Below are positions 20,614 to 28,319 of a DNA stretch of 64,000 bases, in pieces. Position 1 is the first letter of the stretch. Each line of letters starts with the position of its first letter. The notes beneath the pieces were generated by a model. The model searched no databases, was not told where the DNA came from, and saw only the letters and a program-made list of their open reading frames with translations. Location: assembly GCA_038253555.1 (NCBI GenBank), contig JBBSGZ010000002.1, forward strand, positions 4,224 through 68,223, written 5' to 3'. Origin of the DNA: Thermoanaerobaculia bacterium (GTDB lineage Bacteria > Acidobacteriota > Thermoanaerobaculia > UBA5066 > Gp7-AA6). The position numbers were made by a program, and so were the translations under genes.

Positions 20614-21153
20614 TTGGGCTGGCTGTCAAATGTCATCCATCGCGACTCGAGGTGGTATTTCACGACTTCTGCCGGCGCGGACGTCGCGGTCGGGCTCGGC
20701 GTCCAGCTGCAGGGCTCGGGGGGCAAGCTGTACGTCAAATGGGGGAACGAACCTCATCTCTACGAAATTACCTATGGAGGCGTCGGGGTGAGCGTCGGGG
20801 TCTCGTTACCCGTCAGCGAAACGGTCTCCTTCACGGGCCTCCCGGGCGGCTGGGGAAAGATTTACCGCGGTCTGGGTGTCGGTGAGATGAATCGCAATCA
20901 CTTCAAGGGCGGGTTCATCATGCTGAGCACGACGACCGCATTCGCACTCGGTCACTCAGGAACCCTGATTTTTTTCGGAGCCAACAGTGTTCTTCTGAAT
21001 GTGCTCACGACGGGGCCGGGCGCCTTGTTAGGGGGTGTCGCCGTCCCCGCGCTCTTCAACGGTATCGGGTTCTACGGGGGGGTCGTTGCCGGAAGTCCGA
21101 GCACGGGGTTCTCGGCCGTCAAAGGGTGGATGACCGAGGCGAAGCGTCTTTAG
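20614..21153 (+). CDS. hypothetical Gly-rich protein with glycine-zipper-like hydrophobic C-terminal half
   Basis: Balanced, non-Arg-rich composition (GTLIFFGANSVLLNVLTTGPGALLGGVAVPALFNGIGFYGGVVAG). Locally lower G+C. No signal peptide and no recognised family. Confidence 0.4.
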   Translation: MGWLSNVIHRDSRWYFTTSAGADVAVGLGVQLQGSGGKLYVKWGNEPHLYEITYGGVGVSVGVSLPVSETVSFTGLPGGWGKIYRGLGVGEMNRNHFKGGFIMLSTTTAFALGHSGTLIFFGANSVLLNVLTTGPGALLGGVAVPALFNGIGFYGGVVAGSPSTGFSAVKGWMTEAKRL

Positions 21154-21303
21154 GGAAATCGCGGATCCACCTCGAGAATGTTCTGCTGCCCCGGCCGCAC
21201 AGCCGGCGCTCAATTCAGCGAAGAAGCGCCGGCCGCAGGGTGAGTCTCCAATTTTCCATGTCGCAACTCACCGGCGGCCGGCGGCGTCAGCTCCCGCCCC
21301 TCG

Positions 21304-22812
21304 TTACGGAAACGTCACGGGGCATCCCGCGAACGCGCTCGTGTCCTGGATCGGGGCGAACGGCGTGTTCAACGGATTCACGTACGTCTTCACGTCGCCG
21401 GTCTGCGTGTCGGTCACGGTCAGCGTGACTTCGACGTTGGTCATGCCTCCGGCGAAGACCCAGAACCTGTTGTTGAAGGCGCAGCCGCGCACCACTTTCA
21501 CGAAGACCTCGACGTTATCGGGGCTGAAGAACCAGAAGTGCGCGGTCGTATCGGTCAGCCCGACGGGGTTGCCGATTCCGGACGCCGAGGCGGTGCGCCA
21601 GGACGCCTTCACCTGGAAGCGGCCGCCGCCGAGACACAGGGTTGTCGAGCCGGGCGCGCAGGGAAACGGTGGGATCGTGCCGCCCACGTTCAGCCGCCGG
21701 ATCCGCCCGGGACCAAACTCCGTGATGAAGACTTCCCGCGTATTCCGGTCCAGAGCCATGTTCGTCGGGGTGATGAGACCGCTGGCCAGCACGGTCGGCG
21801 GCCCCGACGGGGTGCTGTAGAACAGCAGGCGGCCCGGTGCGTTCGCCGTCATGTTCGTGGAAAACTCCAGGACGAGGTACTGGTCGACGACGGGCGCCAC
21901 CGGAAGCACGTCGATCGCGGAGTTGAGACCTCCGATCAGGCGGGTGTTCGCTCCCGTGGTCGAATCGACGAGGCGAATTTCCGACAGACCGGGATTGAAG
22001 GGGAAACCGGTCAGGAACGGAACGAGCATCTGCCCGTTGGAGAGCCGGATGCTGTCCGGAACGGCGTCCACGACGGGGGGCGGTGCCGCGGGGTTGGTCA
22101 GGGGGGGGAACGCGGCGAGCGTCACGTAGTTTCCGGTCGCGAGATCGACGCTCAAAATCGAGTTCAGGCTCGCGTCCACGACGGCAATCCGGCTCCCCAG
22201 CGAGACAAGCCCGTAGGGATTGGACGACCTCGGGCCGACGAGGTCGGGGAAATCCACGAGGAGCGAGATGCGGAGGGTCTCACCAGACGGGTTGTTGATG
22301 ACGAGCTCAGTTCCGTTTTTCAGCGCCACGTGCTGCGCGGGGGTGAGGGCGAAATTTCCCGCCGTCGCGTCGATCGTCGCGCTGAAGCGCAGTTTCAAAA
22401 CCGAGCTCAGGATCGGGGAAGATGGATTCGGGTTCGCGATCTCGAGGCCCGGCGCGGGACCCGGAAGGCTTTCGTCACCCGAGCCGATCGTCAGGAAAAA
22501 GACGTCGCCAATCTGCTCGAGGCCCGATGGCCCGGAGGGGGCGTTGTTCCCCACTGCGGAGAGTCCGGAGGGAAGGCCGTCGAGAATCGTGATCCGGGTC
22601 CCGTCCCGGCGCACGAGGGAGATGCGCCCCGTGTTCGGCCCCGCCCCCGCCTCGCAGACGAGGAGGTTCCCCGCTGTCGTCAGGGAGACCTTCGCCGGCG
22701 CCTTCAAGCCGGTGGCGACGACGGTCAGGTCCTGCGCGCGCAATCGCGCGGGTAACAGAAATGCGCCGAGAATCAGCGCGGCCAGAACTCCCGAAATTCT
22801 TCTCTCGAGCAT
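21304..22812 (-). CDS. secreted beta-propeller-like protein (ScyD/ScyE-like N-terminal region) with Cys-containing C-terminal domain
   Basis: Signal peptide MLERRISGVLAALILGAFLLPARLRAQ; repetitive beta-strand-like blocks; C-terminal ~120 aa with 4 Cys. Family assignment is tentative. Confidence 0.55.
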   Translation of the reverse strand: MLERRISGVLAALILGAFLLPARLRAQDLTVVATGLKAPAKVSLTTAGNLLVCEAGAGPNTGRISLVRRDGTRITILDGLPSGLSAVGNNAPSGPSGLEQIGDVFFLTIGSGDESLPGPAPGLEIANPNPSSPILSSVLKLRFSATIDATAGNFALTPAQHVALKNGTELVINNPSGETLRISLLVDFPDLVGPRSSNPYGLVSLGSRIAVVDASLNSILSVDLATGNYVTLAAFPPLTNPAAPPPVVDAVPDSIRLSNGQMLVPFLTGFPFNPGLSEIRLVDSTTGANTRLIGGLNSAIDVLPVAPVVDQYLVLEFSTNMTANAPGRLLFYSTPSGPPTVLASGLITPTNMALDRNTREVFITEFGPGRIRRLNVGGTIPPFPCAPGSTTLCLGGGRFQVKASWRTASASGIGNPVGLTDTTAHFWFFSPDNVEVFVKVVRGCAFNNRFWVFAGGMTNVEVTLTVTDTQTGDVKTYVNPLNTPFAPIQDTSAFAGCPVTFP

Positions 22813-22869
22813 GGCGACCTCCTGAACGGGATAACCGGTCGACTATCCGACGGGTTCGTTTCCGCGATT

Positions 22870-24102
22870 CTAGGACTTTGGGTTGGAAGGTGCAGGGAGA
22901 GGCGTGTTCCGGTGTTTGGCGGGCGGATTTTGAAGCAGGCGGTTCGGCCGCCGTCGCGCGGGCGGCCTGCCGCCTGGATCCGCGCGGTTCGGCGCGCTCC
23001 GCTCCTGCCCGTCAGCTCCGAGGGGAGACGACCAGCACGACCGCCGTGCCCGGCAGCATGGGAGGGCGCGGGTTCGGGCGGTTGGCGGTCGGCGCCGGGA
23101 GGGACCGAACTGCGCGGTCACGAGATACACCCTGTGGGTCGCGAGATCGAGCGCGAGGGTGCGCGCCCCTCGCTGCGTCGAAACGTTCTGAACGACGCGA
23201 AAGGATTCCGGAGAGTCCTCGTGCACGACCGTCAGGGTTCCGTCTCCGTTCGACGCGTAGGCGAGCCCGGTCGCCGGATCGAAGGCAGTTCCATCGACCC
23301 CTTCTCCGATCGGCAGCGAAGTGACGATGCGGCCCGTGGAAGAATCGACGACCATCATCCGCTTGTTGTGGCAGCCGACGAACAGACGCTGGTGCGCGGC
23401 GTCAAGCGCCAGCCCGGTTGGCTCGTCGCAGGGAGCGAGGGACCACCGCGCGGTGACGGCGAGGCTCCGGGAATCGAAGACGGCCAGGGTGTTCGTGTCT
23501 TCGATATTGACGAAGATATGCCCCTGCCCGTCGGACGCGGGGCCCTCCGGCTTTCCGTCGAGCGGAACGGTCCCTTCGATCGCGAGCGTCTTTGCGTTGA
23601 TCGCGGTGGCGCTTTTTCCCCGGCCGTTGAAGGTGAACACGCGCCCGCTCGCGGAGTCGTAAAGAATTGCGTCCGGGTTCTCCCCCGTTCCCTTGACCTC
23701 GCCGACAATCGCGAGCGTCGAAGCCGAGAACACGGTGACCGACGCGGCCCGGCCGTTGCTCGTGAACGCACGATCGAGTTCCGGAACTACGGCGATTCCG
23801 TGGACACCTGGAGTCGGCGCGATCTCGCCCACGACTTTTCGCCCGGGGGCATCGATCACGAGGACGCGGTCGCCTCTCGAGACATAAACGCGGTGCGACG
23901 GAGCGTCGACGGTCAGGTAATCCCAGCCGGTGTCTCCCGGCATCGGAATCTGTCCGTCGAGGGCATACGAGGCGATCCTCGGAAACGGCCGGGCGGCCGC
24001 GGCCGCGCGGGCAGGCGGCGCCGGCTGCGCCGGCTGCGAGGCGCACGCAAGCAGCAGGGCGGCGAGAGCGCAGGCGAAAGCGAGACGGATGGGATGGCGC
24101 AT
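22870..24102 (-). CDS. YVTN-family (YncE-like) beta-propeller repeat lipoprotein; C-terminus apparently frameshifted
   Basis: Lipoprotein-like signal LAFACALAALLLAC; repeated ...G.HG.A.. blades (PTPGVHGIAV, GTGENPDAILYD, PTGLALD). After ...TAQFGP the annotated frame turns Arg-rich junk, while the +2 frame encodes a family-like tail PAPTANRPNPRPPMLPGTAVVLVVSPRS ending near 23010. Confidence 0.7.
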   Translation of the reverse strand: MRHPIRLAFACALAALLLACASQPAQPAPPARAAAAARPFPRIASYALDGQIPMPGDTGWDYLTVDAPSHRVYVSRGDRVLVIDAPGRKVVGEIAPTPGVHGIAVVPELDRAFTSNGRAASVTVFSASTLAIVGEVKGTGENPDAILYDSASGRVFTFNGRGKSATAINAKTLAIEGTVPLDGKPEGPASDGQGHIFVNIEDTNTLAVFDSRSLAVTARWSLAPCDEPTGLALDAAHQRLFVGCHNKRMMVVDSSTGRIVTSLPIGEGVDGTAFDPATGLAYASNGDGTLTVVHEDSPESFRVVQNVSTQRGARTLALDLATHRVYLVTAQFGPSRRRPPTARTRALPCCRARRSCWSSPLGADGQERSAPNRADPGGRPPARRRPNRLLQNPPAKHRNTPLPAPSNPKS

Positions 24103-24152
24103 TGGGGCATATTAACCGTCGCCAACCGTCGCCTTCGCTCACTGCGGGAGCT

Positions 24153-24378
24153 GCCTTCGCCGTGCGCGGCGAAGGCACCGGCGAGCGGCTCGCCTGTCGG
24201 CTCGACCGCTCGCCTCACGTCGCTTCCGCTCACTGCGTTCGCTCACGCTCCCGCCCCGAGAGGCTCCTCCCTCCCTCTGGTCGGGAGACTCCTCTCGGGG
24301 CGAGCTTAACCACCATCCTGGCTGGAGCGCAGCTCTGTCCCCTCGCCCCGCACTCGGGGAGAGGGTTGGGGCGAGGGG
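24153..24378. repeat. cluster of GC-rich perfect inverted repeats (hairpins) in a divergent intergenic region
   Basis: gccttcgcc-gtgcgc-ggcgaaggc (24153-24176); ccccgagagg...cctctcgggg (24254-24300); cccctcgcccc...ggggcgagggg (24339-24378). Confidence 0.6.
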
Positions 24379-24567
24379 GCCCGCGGGCAGGCGTCGCGCA
24401 TCGGCCAGCGCAGCCGGTCCAAGGGTCCGCCGCTCGTGAAGAGAATTTGAGGTGTCGGGGGATTCCGATCCGATGGCGCGCCGGACAGAAATGCCGACAG
24501 TCCGGCGCTTCCGCCCGCATAATGAAAGGCGAGCTCGTAACACCGCAACGACCCCCAGGAGGACCCT

Positions 24568-24918
24568 ATGGCGTCAGAGCCTGCTCCGCCCCGGGCGCAT
24601 TCGCCCGAGCCCTGGACCTGCGACCGGAAAGACCCGCGCATGGTGATGGACGCGGAGGGCCGGCTCGTCGGGGTGATGACGACACCCGAGGACGCCCGGC
24701 GGATCCTTTCCGCCATCAACGCGACCCGAGGACTTTCGGGAGCCGGGCTCGAGGGCGGACCCGTTCTCGAGAGGCTGCAGTCCCTCTTCGACCTCTGCCG
24801 GTACCATTTCGACGCCGGATTCAAGCAGACTTGCGACCTGGACGGCGGACTGGAGAAGCTTCTGTCTCGCGCCAACGCCGGATGGCTCGCGTTCGGCCGC
24901 GAGAGTTTCCGGGAGTGA
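24568..24918 (+). CDS. hypothetical protein (116 aa)
   Basis: Protein-like composition. Strong SD (ccaggagga) 6 nt before the ATG. No family recognised. Confidence 0.45.
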   Translation: MASEPAPPRAHSPEPWTCDRKDPRMVMDAEGRLVGVMTTPEDARRILSAINATRGLSGAGLEGGPVLERLQSLFDLCRYHFDAGFKQTCDLDGGLEKLLSRANAGWLAFGRESFRE

Positions 24919-24940
24919 GCGCTCTCGTCCCCACGCTTCC

Positions 24941-25369
24941 TTAAGGCTCGAAGGTGAACCCGTCTTTCTCGAGCGCCGCGCGGGCGGCCTCCGCATCCTC
25001 GCCCCGGACGAGAAGGTAGTCGGTGTCGTACGTCGACACGACGAATATCGGAAGCCCGGCTCGGGCGAGCGGCGCGGAGAGGGCGGCGAGCACCCCCGTC
25101 ATGGAGAACGGGATCGGCCCTTCGAGGCGCAGAGCCCGCCACCGCGATTCCACCGCGGCGCCCTCGGGGGCGAACGCCTCCTCGCACACGATGGACAGCT
25201 CGCGATCCGTTCGCGTGACGGAGTAGAGAAAGCTCCGTGCCGGGAAGACCGGGACGGCGACCCCGGGGGGAAGGCGGCAGACCGCGAACGCGTCCGGAAG
25301 CCACGCAAGTTTTTTCCAGGGCGGCGACGCAGAACTGGCGGCAGGAGGACCGCCTTCGCTTCGCGTCAT
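24941..25369 (-). CDS. ACT-domain-containing protein (ACT_7-like)
   Basis: Resembles small regulatory ACT proteins (…LSIVCEEAF…GPIPFSMTGVLAALSAPLARAGLPIFVVSTYDTDYLLVR…). Confidence 0.45.
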   Translation of the reverse strand: MTRSEGGPPAASSASPPWKKLAWLPDAFAVCRLPPGVAVPVFPARSFLYSVTRTDRELSIVCEEAFAPEGAAVESRWRALRLEGPIPFSMTGVLAALSAPLARAGLPIFVVSTYDTDYLLVRGEDAEAARAALEKDGFTFEP

Positions 25370-25391
25370 TCGGGAGCCTCAGTCCGCGAGG

Positions 25392-25622
25392 TCAGTCGCG
25401 ACGCGGAGTGTCCTGCACGGTCTCGACCTGAAGGCGGTGGTACTCCGAAAGCGCGTGCCGAACGATGCGGCGAAGGTTGCGGAGGCGACGCTCGGCCCGG
25501 TCGCGTTCCCGGTCCGCCAGTCTCGCGCGGCGGTAATACAAAACCTCCCGCCACAGCGCGTCGACGGCTTTGCGCCAGCGCTCCTGAGCCAGGCCGGTCT
25601 GCAGTTCGATCGCGGGTGTCAC
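25392..25622 (-). CDS. small hypothetical protein (76 aa)
   Basis: ORF lying between udgX and the ACT gene on the same strand. Helical, Arg-rich but with W/Y/H. No family recognised. Confidence 0.3.
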   Translation of the reverse strand: MTPAIELQTGLAQERWRKAVDALWREVLYYRRARLADRERDRAERRLRNLRRIVRHALSEYHRLQVETVQDTPRRD

Positions 25623-25686
25623 AGACCCTCCGCGGAAATGTTAGCAGTTTCGGGCCTAAAAGGCTTCCGGAACGGCCCGGACGGCA

Positions 25687-26409
25687 TCAGAGGGAAGGCA
25701 GATATCGGGCGGCGAACCGCAGATCCGCGACGAACATCCGCATGTCCCGCCGCCGGGCCGCCTCGTCGGGCGCTCGGAGGATCGAAGAGGGATGCACGGT
25801 CGCGATCACGTGAGGCGCGAGCGGCGAGGGGATGAGCGCGCCGCGGCTCTTTGTCACGCGAAAAGTCCGGCCGAGAAGGGCCTGCGCCGCCGTCGCCCCA
25901 AGACACACGAGGACCTGCGGCCGGAGAACGGCGAGCTCCGCATCCAGCCAGGGACGACACGCCGTGATCTCGACGGCGTTCGGCTTCTGGTGGATGCGTT
26001 TCTTGCCGCGCGGCTCCCACTTGAAGTGCTTGACCGCGTTCGTGACGTAGGCGAGTTTCCGATCGATCCCGGCTTCTTCGAGCGCCTCGTCGAGGAGTCG
26101 TCCGGCCGGGCCGACGAACGGGCGCCCCTCCAGATCCTCGCGGTTGCCGGGCTGTTCGCCGACGAGCACGAGCCGGGCCGAGCGGCTACCCTCGCCGAAG
26201 ACGGTCTGCGTGCCGCGCTTCCACAGGTCGCACGCGCGGCAGCCCGCCGCCGCGCCGCGCAGCTTTGGCAGAGTGGGACGGGCGGGCACCAGCGGCGCTG
26301 CCGACTCGAAGGTTCTGCGGACCACGCCCCGGATCGAAGCACGAGGCAGGCCAGCGGCAGGGTCGTAGCGACCGCGCGCGTTCTGGTACCCTCGACCGAC
26401 TCTCGTCAT
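25687..26409 (-). CDS. udgX: UdgX-type uracil-DNA glycosylase family protein (family-4-derived, predicted covalent U-DNA crosslinker)
   Basis: GEQPG motif; UdgX-specific R-loop NAVKHFKWEPRGKKRIHQKP (the KRIH His); C-terminal HPSSILR; 4Fe-4S Cys ligands. Long colinearity with M. smegmatis UdgX as I remember it. Start at MTRVGRGY (26409) or the upstream ATG at 26475. Confidence 0.75.
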   Translation of the reverse strand: MTRVGRGYQNARGRYDPAAGLPRASIRGVVRRTFESAAPLVPARPTLPKLRGAAAGCRACDLWKRGTQTVFGEGSRSARLVLVGEQPGNREDLEGRPFVGPAGRLLDEALEEAGIDRKLAYVTNAVKHFKWEPRGKKRIHQKPNAVEITACRPWLDAELAVLRPQVLVCLGATAAQALLGRTFRVTKSRGALIPSPLAPHVIATVHPSSILRAPDEAARRRDMRMFVADLRFAARYLPSL

Positions 26410-27484
26410 GGACTCGCGTTCCGCGTTCGGCACCGACGTCGCCGAGCCTCTCCCCGACGGCTCGATCGGGCTCATCTGCGCCGTCTCGAAGGGATGGGCG
26501 GGCCAGGCCCGCGGTTCCCAGACTCGGGCCGAGCATCCCGGAACGGCCGTCCGATGGCACGACGCGATCTACGAGGTCGTCGAGGCCAACCCGCTCGCGA
26601 CCGGCGCCGTCCGCTACCGCCTCGCGCCCTGGCAGGACCGTCACGCCATCCGCGTCATCGAGAGGTACGACGCCTCGAGCGAAGCGGCGCGCGGCACCGA
26701 GCGCGTTCGCAGAAACGATTCCGTCCGCGAGCGGCGTCTCGCGATTCTGTTCTCGCCCCTGATCGGGCACCTCCCGGGCCCGGTCCAGGAGCGGCTCGAG
26801 TCGGAGATCGGCGCGCCCGCCCTCGCGATGACGGTGATCTCCGCGGCTCCGATCTTCGTGCTCGGCATCCTGGGGCTGCTCTCGTACATCCTCGGGGTGT
26901 TCGGTGCCGCTCCATTGTTCCACCCTGCTCCGCCGCTCCTGCTGTCGATCTTCTTCGCGTCGGAGTCAGCGGTGCGGATCGGGAGCGCCTGGATCGCGGG
27001 GCACCCGATGGGCTCCGTCGCCGGGACGGCGTTGTACCGCGCCGTCGCGGCCCTGCGCGGCCGGGGCACTCCGATTTCTCGCGCCGTCGCCCGTCCCTCT
27101 GCGGGGCTCACCGATCAGGATCTCTTCCGCTTGCTCGAGCCCGCGCTCTCGCTCCTGCCGCGGATGGACCAGCAGCGGCTCGAGCGCCGATACGACTTCG
27201 CCTGGCGCAAATGGGGGCTCATCACCGCGGCCCTTCTCTTCGCGGTGGGAGCCTTGAACGTTCTGGCGGCGGCGGCGGCATTTGCCGGCGACGTCGCCGG
27301 GACCTCCGAGGTCGTCTGGATTTTCCTGGGAACGGCGCTCAGCGTCGAGCAGGGGCTCCGCTGGAGGGACATCTCCCGGGGGCGGCCGCGGGGCAGCGTC
27401 CTGGGGGTCGCGGTGCGGCCCTTCGCGGCCCGGCTTCTCGGTGCGGATCGGCCGCCGATTTCCGAAAACCGCCCGTCGGTCTGA
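26408..27484 (+). CDS. hypothetical integral membrane protein
   Basis: Several hydrophobic helices (APIFVLGILGLLSYILGVFGAAPLF, GLITAALLFAVGALNVLAAAAAF). Divergent from udgX. Confidence 0.5.
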   Translation: MDSRSAFGTDVAEPLPDGSIGLICAVSKGWAGQARGSQTRAEHPGTAVRWHDAIYEVVEANPLATGAVRYRLAPWQDRHAIRVIERYDASSEAARGTERVRRNDSVRERRLAILFSPLIGHLPGPVQERLESEIGAPALAMTVISAAPIFVLGILGLLSYILGVFGAAPLFHPAPPLLLSIFFASESAVRIGSAWIAGHPMGSVAGTALYRAVAALRGRGTPISRAVARPSAGLTDQDLFRLLEPALSLLPRMDQQRLERRYDFAWRKWGLITAALLFAVGALNVLAAAAAFAGDVAGTSEVVWIFLGTALSVEQGLRWRDISRGRPRGSVLGVAVRPFAARLLGADRPPISENRPSV

Positions 27485-27548
27485 CCCCCTTCTGCGGCGC
27501 CGGATCGGGCCCGGATCCTGCATGCCCGCGTCGCCGCAGGAGGCCAAC

Positions 27549-28298
27549 ATGCCGCGAAGCACCCGGATTGTCCTGCTGTGCCTGTGCGCCCTCGCCGCGC
27601 GCGCCGCCCGCGCCGACGATCCTCCGAAGCCTCCCCCCGTCTGGTCGGGGAAAGCGGAGGCGTCCTACGTCGCGACCTCGGGCAATTCCGATGCGAAGAC
27701 TCTCGGGGCGGCCGGTGAAGTCCTCTACGCGCCGGGCGTCTGGAACTACAAGGCATCCCTGGCGTTTATCCGGAGCGAGAGCGACGGCGTCGAGACGGCG
27801 CGCACGTTCGAGGGACTTCTTCGGGCCGCCCGCAAATTGAACCCGCGTCTCGAAATCTACGGTCTGGGAACGTACCGTCAGAACCGATTTGCCGGGATCG
27901 ACGGGCAATTCGCCGGAGAGGCCGGCGCCGCGTGGCAGTTCCTCTCCGGAGACCCGCACTCGCTCAAGCTCGAAGGCGGTCTGGGCTACACGAGCGAGCG
28001 GCGGATCCTGCCCGCTTCCGCGGGAATCGAGACCCGGAACTTCGCCACCGCGCGCGCGGGCCTCGACTACCGCTGGAAGCTCTCGAAGACGAGCGAGCTC
28101 TCGGACGAGGCGTCGTTCACGGAAGACCTGAACGACTCGAAAGACTGGCGGTTCGCCAACAAGATCTCGCTCACCGCCGGGGTCACGACCGTTCTTTCGG
28201 TGAAGCTCTCCTACGCCTGGCTCACGTTGAACGAGCCCGTGCCCGGAAAGAAAAAGACGGACACCATCACTTCGGCCGCGCTCGTCGCGAAATTCTAG
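27549..28298 (+). CDS. DUF481 outer-membrane beta-barrel protein (YdiY-like)
   Basis: Signal peptide MPRSTRIVLLCLCALAARAARA; alternating beta-strand pattern; C-terminal ...ALVAKF aromatic end. SD gcaggagg. Confidence 0.7.
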   Translation: MPRSTRIVLLCLCALAARAARADDPPKPPPVWSGKAEASYVATSGNSDAKTLGAAGEVLYAPGVWNYKASLAFIRSESDGVETARTFEGLLRAARKLNPRLEIYGLGTYRQNRFAGIDGQFAGEAGAAWQFLSGDPHSLKLEGGLGYTSERRILPASAGIETRNFATARAGLDYRWKLSKTSELSDEASFTEDLNDSKDWRFANKISLTAGVTTVLSVKLSYAWLTLNEPVPGKKKTDTITSAALVAKF

Positions 28299-28319
28299 GC
28301 GGCATGGGAGTTCTCGGAA

